A DNA stretch of 64,000 bases. It comes from Amoebophrya sp. A120. Lineage: Eukaryota; Protista; Dinoflagellata. Made by a program: the position numbers and the translations under genes. The DNA is taken from assembly GCA_905178155.1 (NCBI GenBank), contig CAJINV010000001.1:10404240-10468239 (forward strand), given 5' to 3'. This document shows, in pieces, positions 1 through 11,700 of this stretch (position 1 is the stretch's first letter; every line of letters begins with the position of its first letter). Below the pieces are notes generated by a model. It did no database searches and was not told where the DNA came from. It worked only from the letters and a program-made list of their open reading frames with translations.

Positions 1-1
1 T

Positions 2-661
2 GGACGTGGAAGAGTTCTTGACAGCGAGGAACCCCTGTTCTCCTCTCGCTGGAAGCGCGTTTTCGGAGCCGGCTTCGAGGAAGAGACTAAGGCCTTAATT
101 TTCAGTCCCAAGCGAGATTACGCTCGAGTGATACTCAAGCACGTCGTGCAGAAAGGCAAGGAGGTTGCAGTTCCTGCCTTCTTTGCTACTCTTGAAGCGG
201 AGTACATTGGGAAGACAGCACTGCTGAAAAAATTTTGGGGAAACAAATTCGATCGAGACGACCACTTTGGCTCCAGTTTTGCGGACGAATTCTTAGACCC
301 CATTGTCGCTCGCGGTCCCGGACCAGCAAAGGCAATTCGAAGGACACTTACGGTGGACATACGCACCCCCGTGTTTCGCTTTCTCGGGTACTGCCGGGAG
401 CTCCAGGAGATGCTGAACAAGGACTTGGCTGTGAGTTACGACATGAAGCACATTATGCACCCCCTGGAGCGAATTTCCGATGCGTTTCTGAAAAGAAGAG
501 ACATTTTGGAAGAACTCGACGAAGCTGGCATTTTAGCGCTCATGCGTACCCGATTCGACAAAATGACACGGCCGACAGCTCCGGAATGGCTAGAGGGGAA
601 GACGCTTCAATGGTCAGACATCCAAACGGCCCTCTGCGACGTCTTCAAGCCCAAGTCGTAA
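2..661 (+). CDS. 3' part of a hypothetical protein (5' end outside window)
   Basis: The frame of ORF 128..661 is open back to position 2 (GRGRVLDSEEPLFSSRWKRVFG...LCDVFKPKS*). Composition is protein-like but no family motif was recognised. Confidence 0.5.
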   Translation, partial: GRGRVLDSEEPLFSSRWKRVFGAGFEEETKALIFSPKRDYARVILKHVVQKGKEVAVPAFFATLEAEYIGKTALLKKFWGNKFDRDDHFGSSFADEFLDPIVARGPGPAKAIRRTLTVDIRTPVFRFLGYCRELQEMLNKDLAVSYDMKHIMHPLERISDAFLKRRDILEELDEAGILALMRTRFDKMTRPTAPEWLEGKTLQWSDIQTALCDVFKPKS

Positions 662-1919
662 ATCGGGAGGGCTGTGTGGTGTTTTCGCGGGCGTTCGTAG
701 TTGTTTTCTCCGTCGTCTTGCGATTGCTCCGCGGCAAGTACCTTTCGGAATCGAACTCGGCTGCTTTTTGACTTGAAAGAAAAGCATCTCCATCTTCTGA
801 CCCTGCACGGAGTTGTATTCCGAAATCAAAGCAGGCCAGGTTCAGGTTGTTGTACTTCCAGTCAATAGACAAGAAGACGACGCAATAAACCTAAACAAAG
901 TAGAGGAGCTTTCTTTTGTCTCTTGCTGTTCCTGTTTGTCAACACTTTCCTCGTACGATGGATCCTGCCACAAGGAAGTGCGACACTGGTTGAACACAAA
1001 ATCAAAATCGCAACATTCACGTTGCGGTTGTGTATTCAGCTCCTTCGGACCGTTTGTCATATCTTGTGAAGGACGTTTTCGTTTTTTTTGACTTTCATTT
1101 TTGGCGGAAGCACGAAGAGGAAGGTTAGATGCTACCGCGAGTGGTCGTGTGTGTGTGATATTCTGGAACAACCGTTTGTCTTTGTGGCATCTAGAATGTG
1201 TGTTGAGCTTGCCGATCAAGGTCTGTTTCTTTTTTTCTTTTCGCAAAGAACTGTGATCATAGATATCGCGCGACCACCTTTATGTGACAGTTGCCTCTCC
1301 TTTTGTGGTCTCCGTTATTTCTAAAGGATCAAGCCTTTTTGAAATGCGAAACGTGTCAGCAGGCAGGATCAGGAAGATTATCCGCAACACCCAGCCTTTC
1401 CTTGTTTAGTTTTACAGTCAAAGACAATCACAATAGTTTTCGTTGTTGTCATAGCAACTTCCGAAATTTTCTTGCTGCTGTTTGCGAAAACGAAATTTTC
1501 AATTGATATTTTTTCCTGCGAGGTCTTCTTTTCTGTTTTTATTGCTATTGGCACACATACCGCAAGCGCAACCCTGCTGCATTCAAGGCGGCCGGGTAGC
1601 ATATGGATATTGAATTTTCATTCGGCCGACTCTTGTATATTCTTTTTTTTTTTTAATTGACATTTGCACTTTGTTTTTTTCTCTTCTGACTACAACGTGT
1701 TGTTCGGCGTTGCCGACCTCTACATAGGCAGAGACTTCGTGGACCAGCTGCCTTCATACTCATTGGGTTGCTCGACCTCGACGGACTTCATCTTCTAACA
1801 GACGGGACTAAAAGCCAGCACGACGTTTTGGAGGAGCATACCACGACCACCCTCAACAAGCAGTGCAACCGACAGAGCAGTAGCTCTTTTTCTTTGTGCA
1901 GAAATTATAAGGCGCGGCG

Positions 1920-4900
1920 ATGCTACCTTCTTCTCAGTCCTCCTCTTCAGCGTCCGCTTCAGCTTCGTCGAGTGCGCAGGCCGCGGCTGCATCGCAGCAC
2001 CAGGGCCGTGATCAAGCAAAAGGAGGCGAGGATGACTTTCTCTTGCCGCACAAACACCCGTTGGTCGAAGATCTCCCGGCGGGAATTAAAGGGTATAGAA
2101 TAGCTGAGTGCTGTAAATAGTTAGGTGTTGATTTTGGTCGTCCGACGCCAGCAACAGTTTGCTATGACCAGTGCACTTGCAACGCCGTGAACTCGATCGA
2201 TCAGAAATGATTCCGGATTCGGCGTTTTGTGAACATGAACTAGATTGGCATTGAGATCCTCGCTGCTCCGCTTCCGGATTTGGAAGAAAATATTGCATGG
2301 AACAATGATGTAATACTCTCACAATCTGCAGCTTCCTTCTTGAACATATTCACTACAGCCACGCTTTTTTTGCGCGCGAGAAGAGGTTTATTCCAATTTA
2401 CGTTCCCTTCCTGACGCGAGAAATCGAAGCAACGTGAACTTCGTAAACAAGCTGTCCAAGTTCGATTTCCTCACCACCAAGGCAGATAACACTGCGAATG
2501 GACAAGTCTACGCAGCGGTACTTGAGTCTCATTCCGGTGCGACGTGCCACGTCGCAGTGAAAACCTTCCGAAATCCCTTCAAAGGCGCTTTGGATGATGA
2601 AAAAAAGCAAAAGGCGAAGGAACAGGCCGATGTGGAGGACCGCGTTGAGGAGGACGACGACGAGGACGAGGACGACGAAGAAAATAAGAAAGGTACAATG
2701 AGGATTCATCTGATATAGCAGCCTCTTGCTAGTCCTCTCCTAGTATTCCGAAAAAAATAAAAAAATGCCAGAACCAAAAGTAGTCAGATGAGGACGATCA
2801 TCGACGCTGCAACTATGTAGACACAGACAAAGAAGAGAAATTGCTAACCTGATCGATACACGGCGTTCTGTTACGTGCGTTCAACTTTGTTCTTTTCCAG
2901 ATGGCGACGACCATACCCGGATGCTGACGGAAATCGACTTCGCGTCGGCACTGTCGTTGGGAAAGGCCGGGGGTAATCCCGCTGGCTTTTTCTTTGCTCA
3001 ACCCGTCGCGGTGTGGACCAGCGCAGACGTTTACCCAAAAAGAATACGGATCGCAGACGTCGACCAGACGGATCGCTATGCCAAGCGTCGTGACTTGCCA
3101 TCCCAGGTCTGCGTTGCCTTTCGGAAAGAGGCTCCACCTCCAACTGCTGTCTTCGAAAAGGGTTCCAGCACGGTCGAAACTGCGACTCGGTACTGTTCGT
3201 AGCGATGAAGTGATAACGTATAAATTTACCTTCAAAAAAGTGCAGCATGGGGATTCTTGATTCGTTTTTGTTTGTTTTCCTCCTATTCTCGACTGGAAAG
3301 TGCCCAGACAGTTTTCCTCGCAGAAAACTCGACAGTGCCCAGACAGTATCTCGCCCACCTAGAGGCAAGCACCAATGTTGTTTTCCTCGTATTCCATACT
3401 TCTTTTCGCACTTGTTAGTTCCTATGTGTTGTGGCCCTGAAGACGCCTTTCTTCTGCCCTAGTACGGTCGCATATCGATACGCAATGGATTCCTGTTGCA
3501 GGTATCTTGCTGGGATCATATTGACGTGCGCCGCAGCAATCGAGTTCTTCACCAACCACGACAAAACCGACTTCTTCATCGTGGTCATGCGTGACCTGAA
3601 GATCGGTAACATTCTGCAAGCCGGCGAGCGTGCGCAGGAACTCTTGACGCCCGAGGAGCGCCAACGGCTTACCGTGATGGACGGCCAGATCGAGCTTCCT
3701 CATTTAGTCCATTGCGACTTCGCGTGCTATAAGGAGCTGAAAGTGCCGCAGACCGGAACGAAGCGGGGACTCATAAAAAGAAACCAAGCTTCGAAAGAAG
3801 CGGAAACGGGGTCAACTTTTAATGCCGCGCCGGAATTCCTGGAAAATGACAATGATGAGACAGAGAAAAACCGGAAGCCGTGGCTCGGGCCGAAATCCGA
3901 TTGCTACTCCATGGGAAAAATCCTCTTAGCGGCGGTGCACACTTTCGTCTCCGAAGCAGAGGATTTTGACGAAGTAAGTGAAGACGTGCAGGAGGCCCCT
4001 GTCAATGCTAGGTATTTTGCCCGCGCCTTATGGGCAAAAGGCAACCTGCCGCAAGTCTGCAAGGAACTCGGTGGTGAGGACCTCGAGCGGTATTTTTTTA
4101 TGTCAAATTACAATTGCTTAAAAAAGCTACTTCTCCACCAATACATAAAGATTCCAGCAGGTGGTCTCCTCGGGATACTTATCTACATCTAGCCGGAATT
4201 GGCTTCTTGTTACGGGGAAGGGGTCATCTTTCGCCATTTGGCTTTGCGAACAAAAGTCTTACTTCTTGCTACATCAAAAATAGAAGCATTGTAAATTATT
4301 CTTTGTTTTGTAGGCATGAAAAATTGAATAAGCAAAACAACCCTGCAGTTTCGCCAAACGGGTGATCGCAAACCCATACAACCCGCTGCAAGATGAGGTG
4401 CTGGACGAGGCTGTGAAGAAGAAACTCGACGCCAAAGCCAAGGAAGTGGCAAAAAATGTGAAAACGTTTGTCCAGATGAAAGTGGAGGATGATGCCACAT
4501 GCAAAGACGAAGTGGCAAAGCTGAAGTCAGCTGTGGTCACGATCCTTGTGAAGAGCCTCGCAATCGAAATGACCGATCGCCCCGGTCCGGAGGAAATCTT
4601 TGACGGTTTGCAGGTACGTACCTGTAATTGTAAGCTACTTACTAGATTAACTCATTCACGGATGTCATGCTATTGTTCCTTTGCACTGCTACTATCTCAC
4701 CTTTGCGTCGTCCCTGTGCATGCACCAGAAATAGAAGGCTGCTAAGACCAACACACTCCCTTTTCGTCGGCCGCAGCGAGTCGAAAGCGGCACGAAGAAA
4801 TCAGTTTTTGACTACGTGCACGACGGGTACTCCCCGTATTACTGTTTTTCTTTCGTTCTTTCCAGGTATCCGAAACTTTGACACGGGAGCTTCCAGCTAT

Positions 4901-5264
4901 GAAAGAATACCTCGATTTAGTACGAAACTCGGCTGTTGCGGAGAAAGACAGGTCTGTGCCGGCTCTGCGAATCAAACTCGCGAAATCACTTGCGGTGCTT
5001 AACGAAAACGGGGGTGGCTACTTCACCAACAAGTTGTCGACGGCGCCCTCTCAAAAGGTTTTCCCTTTCTCCGAACCGCCCCCTGGTGATAGTAGGGAGA
5101 ATACTTTCCCTTTCGTCAGCAAGACAAACAAGCGCAAGTCAACTAACTCCAACAAGAATTTTTACGACATGAATGACGATGACGAGGATGACTCCCCGGG
5201 AAAGCAAGCAGAAATAAGACGGACCGCCGCATTGATAAGAAAAAGAAATCAAAACTTGAAGTAA
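1920..5264 (+). CDS. Divergent Ser/Thr protein kinase-like protein, about 6 exons
   Basis: Joining exons at GT-AG introns gives kinase subdomains in order: NGQVY, HVAVKTF, MLTEIDF (alphaC Glu), VMRDLKIGNIL (catalytic loop), HCDFA, GSTFNAAPE, KSDCYSMG, DRPGPEEIF. The first-exon splice is uncertain. Confidence 0.75.
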
Positions 5265-5500
5265 AAAAATACAAGCGAAGATGAAACTCCAGTCCGTGCA
5301 ATCAGTATCACTGCTGTACCTACTGAATACAAAATCAACATCAAGCAGAGTTTGTACCTTGATTTTCCAATACGTCGCTACGCTCCCGCTCGAGCTGCCT
5401 CGTCTGGTTTTTAAAGTTCAAGGTGGCATGCATCAACTCTTTTTTCAATGTCCACTACGGCCGAATCGACTTTCAGTTGTGATTTCTCTAGGGATAACGG

Positions 5501-5812
5501 ATGTCAAATGTCCAAGTTCTATGGGGGACTGCCAAGGTGGAGGCTGACGGCTATCTTCATGTCAACAAAATTACCAATGCAAACGACGAGACGAAGAAGT
5601 CCGTGAAGGAATTGAAGTTGCTGAATCTCTCGAGTTTCACGGTTGCTGGAAGCGAGGATAAGAACTTCAAACCGTCCCGCTTCCTGACAAAAGTAGGTGG
5701 CCAGGGCGACTTATGGTACCACTGCGATTCCCGTAACGACAAGAACAGTGTACAAGCTGCATTGGGCGGTGGTCACAACGTTCAGAAATTGACCTACTGG
5801 TATGTAAATTGA
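5501..5812 (+). CDS. Small hypothetical protein, possibly PH-like fold
   Basis: ORF-track frame of 103 aa just downstream of a pyrimidine-rich AG. Beta-rich pattern ending WYHCDSRNDKNSVQAAL, resembling a PH-domain C-terminal helix. Weak. Confidence 0.3.
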   Translation: MSNVQVLWGTAKVEADGYLHVNKITNANDETKKSVKELKLLNLSSFTVAGSEDKNFKPSRFLTKVGGQGDLWYHCDSRNDKNSVQAALGGGHNVQKLTYWYVN

Positions 5813-6991
5813 GGATTCGCTTGGCTCCGTTTTTTCACTAACGTCTGGCTCTAGTCGTTTGATTTTGTAGAGCCACCTTATAGTTCATCATCAGTTCTTG
5901 CGTTAACGTCGTCCATGCTGCATTTCCGCCCTCGACATCAATAAATATGATTCACATTCAGCATCTGGATCTCTAACAATGAATACCAAAATCAGGATTG
6001 ACATCGAAGTCTTCAACGCGGACAAGGTTGCGGAGCACCAACGCGTAGCTGACATTTCCGCGCCGGTGATTTTCCAGTTCGACGCGAGTCGTGGCGCTGC
6101 CTAAATCCAGATTTAGGACGCGGCGCTCCGTCTCGGCTGCCAGCAAGCGGCGTGGAACGTCCAATCTCCAGAAAGTCAAAGTAGCAACATAATGGATAGA
6201 TATAACTACAAGATTTAGTTTTCATCGTAAAAATCGTAGACCTCCTCGACCATATTTTTGACACGGCTCTGTTATTGTTCTCTGCTAGTGGGATTGTGAT
6301 TTTTACAATGCATATCGACACTAGCGGGCGCGCACGCGGATGACCGATAATTATTTCCACCTCGTGACTTTTTTTATTAACTTCTCGCACAGACATACAT
6401 GTTAGTGTTACACGACGAGTCAGTGGTGCCCCTTGATGACACGACTACGAAACTGCATATGGAATGCAGCAGCTCCGCTGAAGACGTGAAGCTGGTCGTA
6501 CATCGTAGCTTTGTGAAGCTGGCAGACTGCAGCTGCGCAGCCGAAGCCGTGCCTCTGTCTTTACAACTCGTATGTCTATTCAACTTGTATGTATTCCGGA
6601 GAGTAGTCTCTCCACCTACAGTTTTCCGCCGTCACCGATTTACTGCTTAGAAAGATTTTCTTTTTTTCCGATTTCCATGTAGGTACGTTTTTTTTTTGAA
6701 TTCCAATTTCACTCTTTCTAGTTTTTCCACCAGTTCTAGACATTTCGGTTTCGCGCAAGTCAATTATATAAAGAAGCAAATAATACTTTACTGCTCGCTC
6801 CAGAGTAGCTGTAGGATTGCAATCATGATGATCATGATGTTTTTTTTAAAAAAGGCCATGGAGAAGAAGGAAGTAGAGCCGTCGTCGAGCCCAGCACGAT
6901 ATAATAATCATCAAGGTTCTGTCAACAGCAACAGCATCAATCTCGATCGAGCCAAGAACCGGAACGCAAGGCAGGGCCCCCGACGCAGACT

Positions 6992-8076
6992 GGGACGACT
7001 TTTGGCCGTCCGACGGCCGTCGGACAACTTTGGGTCGTCCGACGGCCATCGGACAACTTTGGGTCGTCCGACGGCCGTCGGACAACATTTGGCCGTCCGA
7101 CGGCCGTCGGACAACATTTGGCCGTCCGACGGCCGTCGGACGACTTCTGGCCGTCCGACGACCGTCGGACGACTTTTGGCCGTCCGACGGCCGTCGGACA
7201 ACTTCTGGTTGTCCGACGGCCGTCGGACAACATTTGGCCGTCCGACGGCCGTCGGACAACTTTTGGTCGTCCGACGGCCGTCGGACGACTTTTGGCCGTC
7301 CGACGGCCGTCGGACAATATTTGGCTGTCCGACGGCCGTCGGTCCGACGGCCGTCGGACGACTNGCCGTCCGACGGCCGTCGGACAATATTTGGCTGTCC
7401 GACGGCCGTCGGTCCGACGGCCGTCGGACGACTTTTGGCCGTCCGACGGCCGTCGGACAACATTTGGCCGACAACATTTGGCCGTCCGACGGCCGTCGGA
7501 CAACTTCTGGCCGTCCGACGGCCGTCGGACAACTCTTGGCCGTCCGACGGCCGTCGGACAACTCTTGGCCGTCCGACGGCCGTCGGACAACTCTTGGCCG
7601 TCCGACGGCCGTCGGACAACATTTGGCCGTCCGACGGCCGTCGGACAACATTTGGCCGTCCGACGGCCGTCGGACAACTTCTGGCCGTCCGACGGCCGTC
7701 GGACAACTTCTGGTTGTCCGACGGCTGTCCGACGGCCGTCGGACAACATTTGGCCGTCCGACGGCCGTCGGACAACTTTTGGCCGTCCGACGGCCGTCGG
7801 ACAACATCTGGCCGTCCGACGGCCGTCGGACAACATCTGGCCGTCCGACGGCCGTCGGACAACTGTCGGACAACATTTGGCCGTCCGACGGCCGTCGGAC
7901 AACATTTGGACGGCCGTCCGGCGGCCGTCGGACGACTTTTGGGCCGTCGAACGACTTTTGGCTGTCCGACGGCCGTCGGACAATTTTTGGCCGTCCGACG
8001 GCCGTCGGACAACTTTCGATCGGCTGCCCGGCGGCCGTCGGACGACTTTCGATCGGCTGTCCGACGGCCGTCGGAC
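6992..8076. repeat. Tandem array of a ~29-bp unit with an 18-bp perfect palindrome (GTCCGACGGCCGTCGGAC) and an 11-bp variable linker
   Basis: Roughly 35 units read directly. Linkers include aacatttggcc, aacttttggcc, gacttttggcc, aacttctggcc, aactcttggcc and aacatctggcc. An N at 7364 shows assembly uncertainty. Confidence 0.97.
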
Positions 8077-8797
8077 AGATTTTCGGGTTGGGCAACCAAA
8101 GCCAAAACCAAAAGTCGTTCGACGGCCAAAATAAGCTCGGAGTGTTGTCTAACAGCCGACAGTTTAATGTCCGGCGGCCCGCAACTTAACAAAAGAGGAG
8201 GTAGCATTGATGTTCATGCGTTTCGGTATGCGTATGCACAGCACGCAGGAGAAGCGCGCCGGCCGGCATATCTGCATTTCAGACGAGAAATTGCTTGCAA
8301 AACATCACTCTGTGATAACGTGAAATGCCCTACGGTTCAATGAATTGTGTATATGAATACGCTGCACAGTCCAGGGCTCCAAGTAGTGATATACCAAACT
8401 TTACGTAGAAGAAACAAAACCAAAATCCTATTGAGATGAAATGACGCACGCTGCGACAGAACACGAGAGATGACTGTGGTGGAACGTTTTCTGTGTTGCC
8501 TCTGCCTGTCCCGCTTAACAGGGACACACTTAAGTACGTAAATTACGCAGGCGCTCTCTCTTGCTCCTCTTTTATCTTCTCAACAATCTCACTATCGCTA
8601 CAGCTTCTACACCATGCAACTAAAAAGTTAGTGCCAACTAATATTGAGTGCGACAAGCGCGAGCGCAAATGAAGTGTTGTGAGTCCTCTCAAAGATATCG
8701 GCGGCGAACATCATGACGCCGTAGAACTAGAAGGAAGACGAAGGTGGAAAGACGCAGGCAAGATTCTCCACAAAAATCTCACAGCGACGTATATATA

Positions 8798-11700
8798 ATG
8801 TGGCTGAAATCGTCGGGAGTTGTCTTCTTGGTGTTTGGCTTCCGCTCGACGTCCGCCGAAAACTTCGTCCACCTGATCGCTCCCGCGGACGTGCGCAAGG
8901 ATGGCGGGCTCAAATTTCGAGCCAATCTCCCGGTCCCGGACACGGTTGAGGAACTGAAACAAAATTTCCGTGCGGCGCACCTGGAGCGCCACGGACCCCC
9001 AGGCTACGATGAGTTTGACTTTTTCAGCACCCGCTTGGAGGAAGTGTTGCTCAGCGTGGACCAGCTGGAAGACGGCGACGAGCTCCGACTTTTTCGTAAA
9101 CGCGGCACCCAAGCCCAACTCAGTCAAGCCCAGCAGGCTTCCGGGGCTGCCAGTGGCGGGACTGCAGGAGCAGTTGGTACTAGCGCGACGGGCGCTGGGG
9201 CGGCGAAGGGCAATGTGCCGGCGGCGACACCGCAAGCTTCTAAAAATGGGCGGAAAGATGCGGGCTCAGACGTCGCAAACACGAAGAAAGACGCGCCATC
9301 CAACAGTACAAGCTCCCCCACTTCTCTCTCCGCGCGGGTTCAAGCACCCAATGCTCTATCCGTGACGCTTCCCGACGCCTCTTCCCCGTTCTACGTGTCC
9401 GAACTGCTCTACATGCTGACACGCCCGCAGCTTTCCGATGCAGACCGAGATTTGGTTCTTCGCAGCCTCCGCGACGCGCAGCTGTCTGATTTTCAGCGAA
9501 AGCAGATCCTTGAGGACTTCCCCGTTACAGACTCAGTGTGTCAAGAGAGTTCCGATTCCTCTTTCCGGGAGTTTGCTACTGCGTACGTTCATTTGAATCC
9601 GAGTGCCCGGGGTATCCTCCTGCTGGCTGACTGCGACCCCACATTTCGCGAATCGCTCGTACGTGCCCAGTTTGCCCGGCAGTGGGAGCAATATGGAAGT
9701 TTGCTGAGTGCTGGACAAGATGCCTCGGAAGGTCAGCCTGACACAGATCAAGGTGCGGACGCCGCGCAGTCGACCTTTTTCCCGGGCTACATCGGACAGG
9801 GTGAAGCGATGCGAATGGTCAAGCCTCTTGTCTTGGAGCAGATGCTCGGTCGGCGCATCTCTGACGCGCCGCTGTCGTTTTTGTTTCTCGGCCCGTCTGG
9901 AGTGGGGAAAACCGAGCTGGCACGCAAGGTCGCAGAGAAAATTCACTGTCCAACAGCAGTAGAAAGTGCAAGTGGATCATCGCACCAGCCACACCACCCC
10001 AATTCATCCCCCTGCAACATCAAATCTCTGACCCAGTCCGGGAAATTCGTGGAGTTTAAGATGGGTAACTACCGCAACGAGGAGCAGTTCACGAGCTGGA
10101 TCGGGGTCCCGGACGGCGTCAAGGGGTCGGACGGGAAGCTCAGCGAGGTGCTGATGCAAAACCCAGACGCCGTGATCTACCTGGATGAAATCGAAAAAGC
10201 CATCTCCACCGCGGGGGACTTGCTTCTTGCGATGCTGGACAACAAGGGGAGCGTCCAGGTGGCCAAGACCGGCCAGCACATCAGCACGGTGAAGGCGACT
10301 TTCATCTTGAGCAGCAATTTGGCGACGAACGACATTTTGCAGGTCTGGTCTTACTACCCGCGCCTGCCCTACGAGCAGAAATACGCAAAAATATTGGAGA
10401 AGATCGACCCGGCGCTGGCGCAAAGCAAGATGTTCGCTCGTCCCGAGGTGCGCAACCGGATCGCCGCGATCGTGCCGTTTACGCCCTTTCTGCACAACGA
10501 GGTGCGACAGGTGATCTTACTGGAGCTGCAAAAGTTGCGGAAATCCTACAAAAGATCCGCGGGGTGGGGCCGTCCCAACATCGTGTGGACGGAGGAAGTC
10601 GTGGAGCTGTTTGCCGATCCGGTTCGTAACGTGCACTTCGAAAACGCGGTCTCCAAGGGAAATTTGCGCGAGCTGATCCGGTTTCTCGAGCAGTCTGTCA
10701 ACCGGGCACTGAACACGGCGAAGGACTGCGAAAATCCGAAGTGCGACCTGTTGCAGACCGGACCGACAATTTGTCGTCCGAAAGCGTCCGATCTCTTCTC
10801 CGGCGCGAGCGACAACTATGTTCTCGATGTCGACCCGCGGACGAAAACGCAGATCGTTGCGAACTCGGTCCCGGTGACCATTCGGGAGGCCTTTGTGTTC
10901 TGCGAGCTTTCCCCCCCGGAGCCGACCTTGTCTGAGGCGTTCTTCGGCGCAGCAGGGCCTGACGCGCCATCACTACTGGAGAATCCGTCGAAGTGGTTTT
11001 CCAATTTGTTTTACGACGCCCCGCAAAAGCGTCCGGCTATCATGCGACCAGGTAAGCAACCGCTGGGCTCAGCGAGTAGTTCATCCGCGTATCATGATCA
11101 CAGAGCTGCGCGTCAACCACAAAGAGTTTCAACATCGAGCTCTTCGCCTTCATCTGCGAGTTCTTCCGCAAGCGGGTCCTCTTCTGCAGCGACGTCCAGC
11201 AGGTACGAAACGGAGATGGATTACGCCTATGACCGGCTGTGGACCTTTCTCTTCGAGTACCAGAAATCTTTTTCGATTGCCGTTGCCTGGATTTTTTTCT
11301 TCAGCATCGGCTTTTGGTCTGCGGCCATCGCGTTTGCGGTGTTGAACTACGGAATTCTGCCACTATCCTACCTCGCGTACACGACCTGGCGGTCGCTGCC
11401 GCCCTCCGTGCAGCACGTGGTCATGGCCGGCGGGCGGGTCATCGGGCAGATTGGCAAGCAGGCTGTCCGCCGATTCGACATCAGCTTCATGCTTTTGCTG
11501 TTCCTCGAGTACCGATTCGGGCTGTGCCGCAAAGTTTTCTTCCAGCTGGTGCTACCCGTGCTGCGCATCATGTTCCGGAATTTCAGGACCCACCTGAAAA
11601 ATTTGCGCTCCACGGGGGCGGACGCGCTTGCAATAATCAACGACGGCGGGGAAGTAGGAGGTGGGATGAAAAGAAGAACTGAAGATAACACCACCGGTAT

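Noticed and set aside
6992-8076. CRISPR array
   Set aside because: The linkers are only 11 bp and near-identical rather than unique spacers. There are no cas genes and the context is eukaryotic.
6696-8343. Six long ORFs (338-497 aa) on both strands
   Set aside because: By-product of a stop-free palindromic 29-bp repeat.
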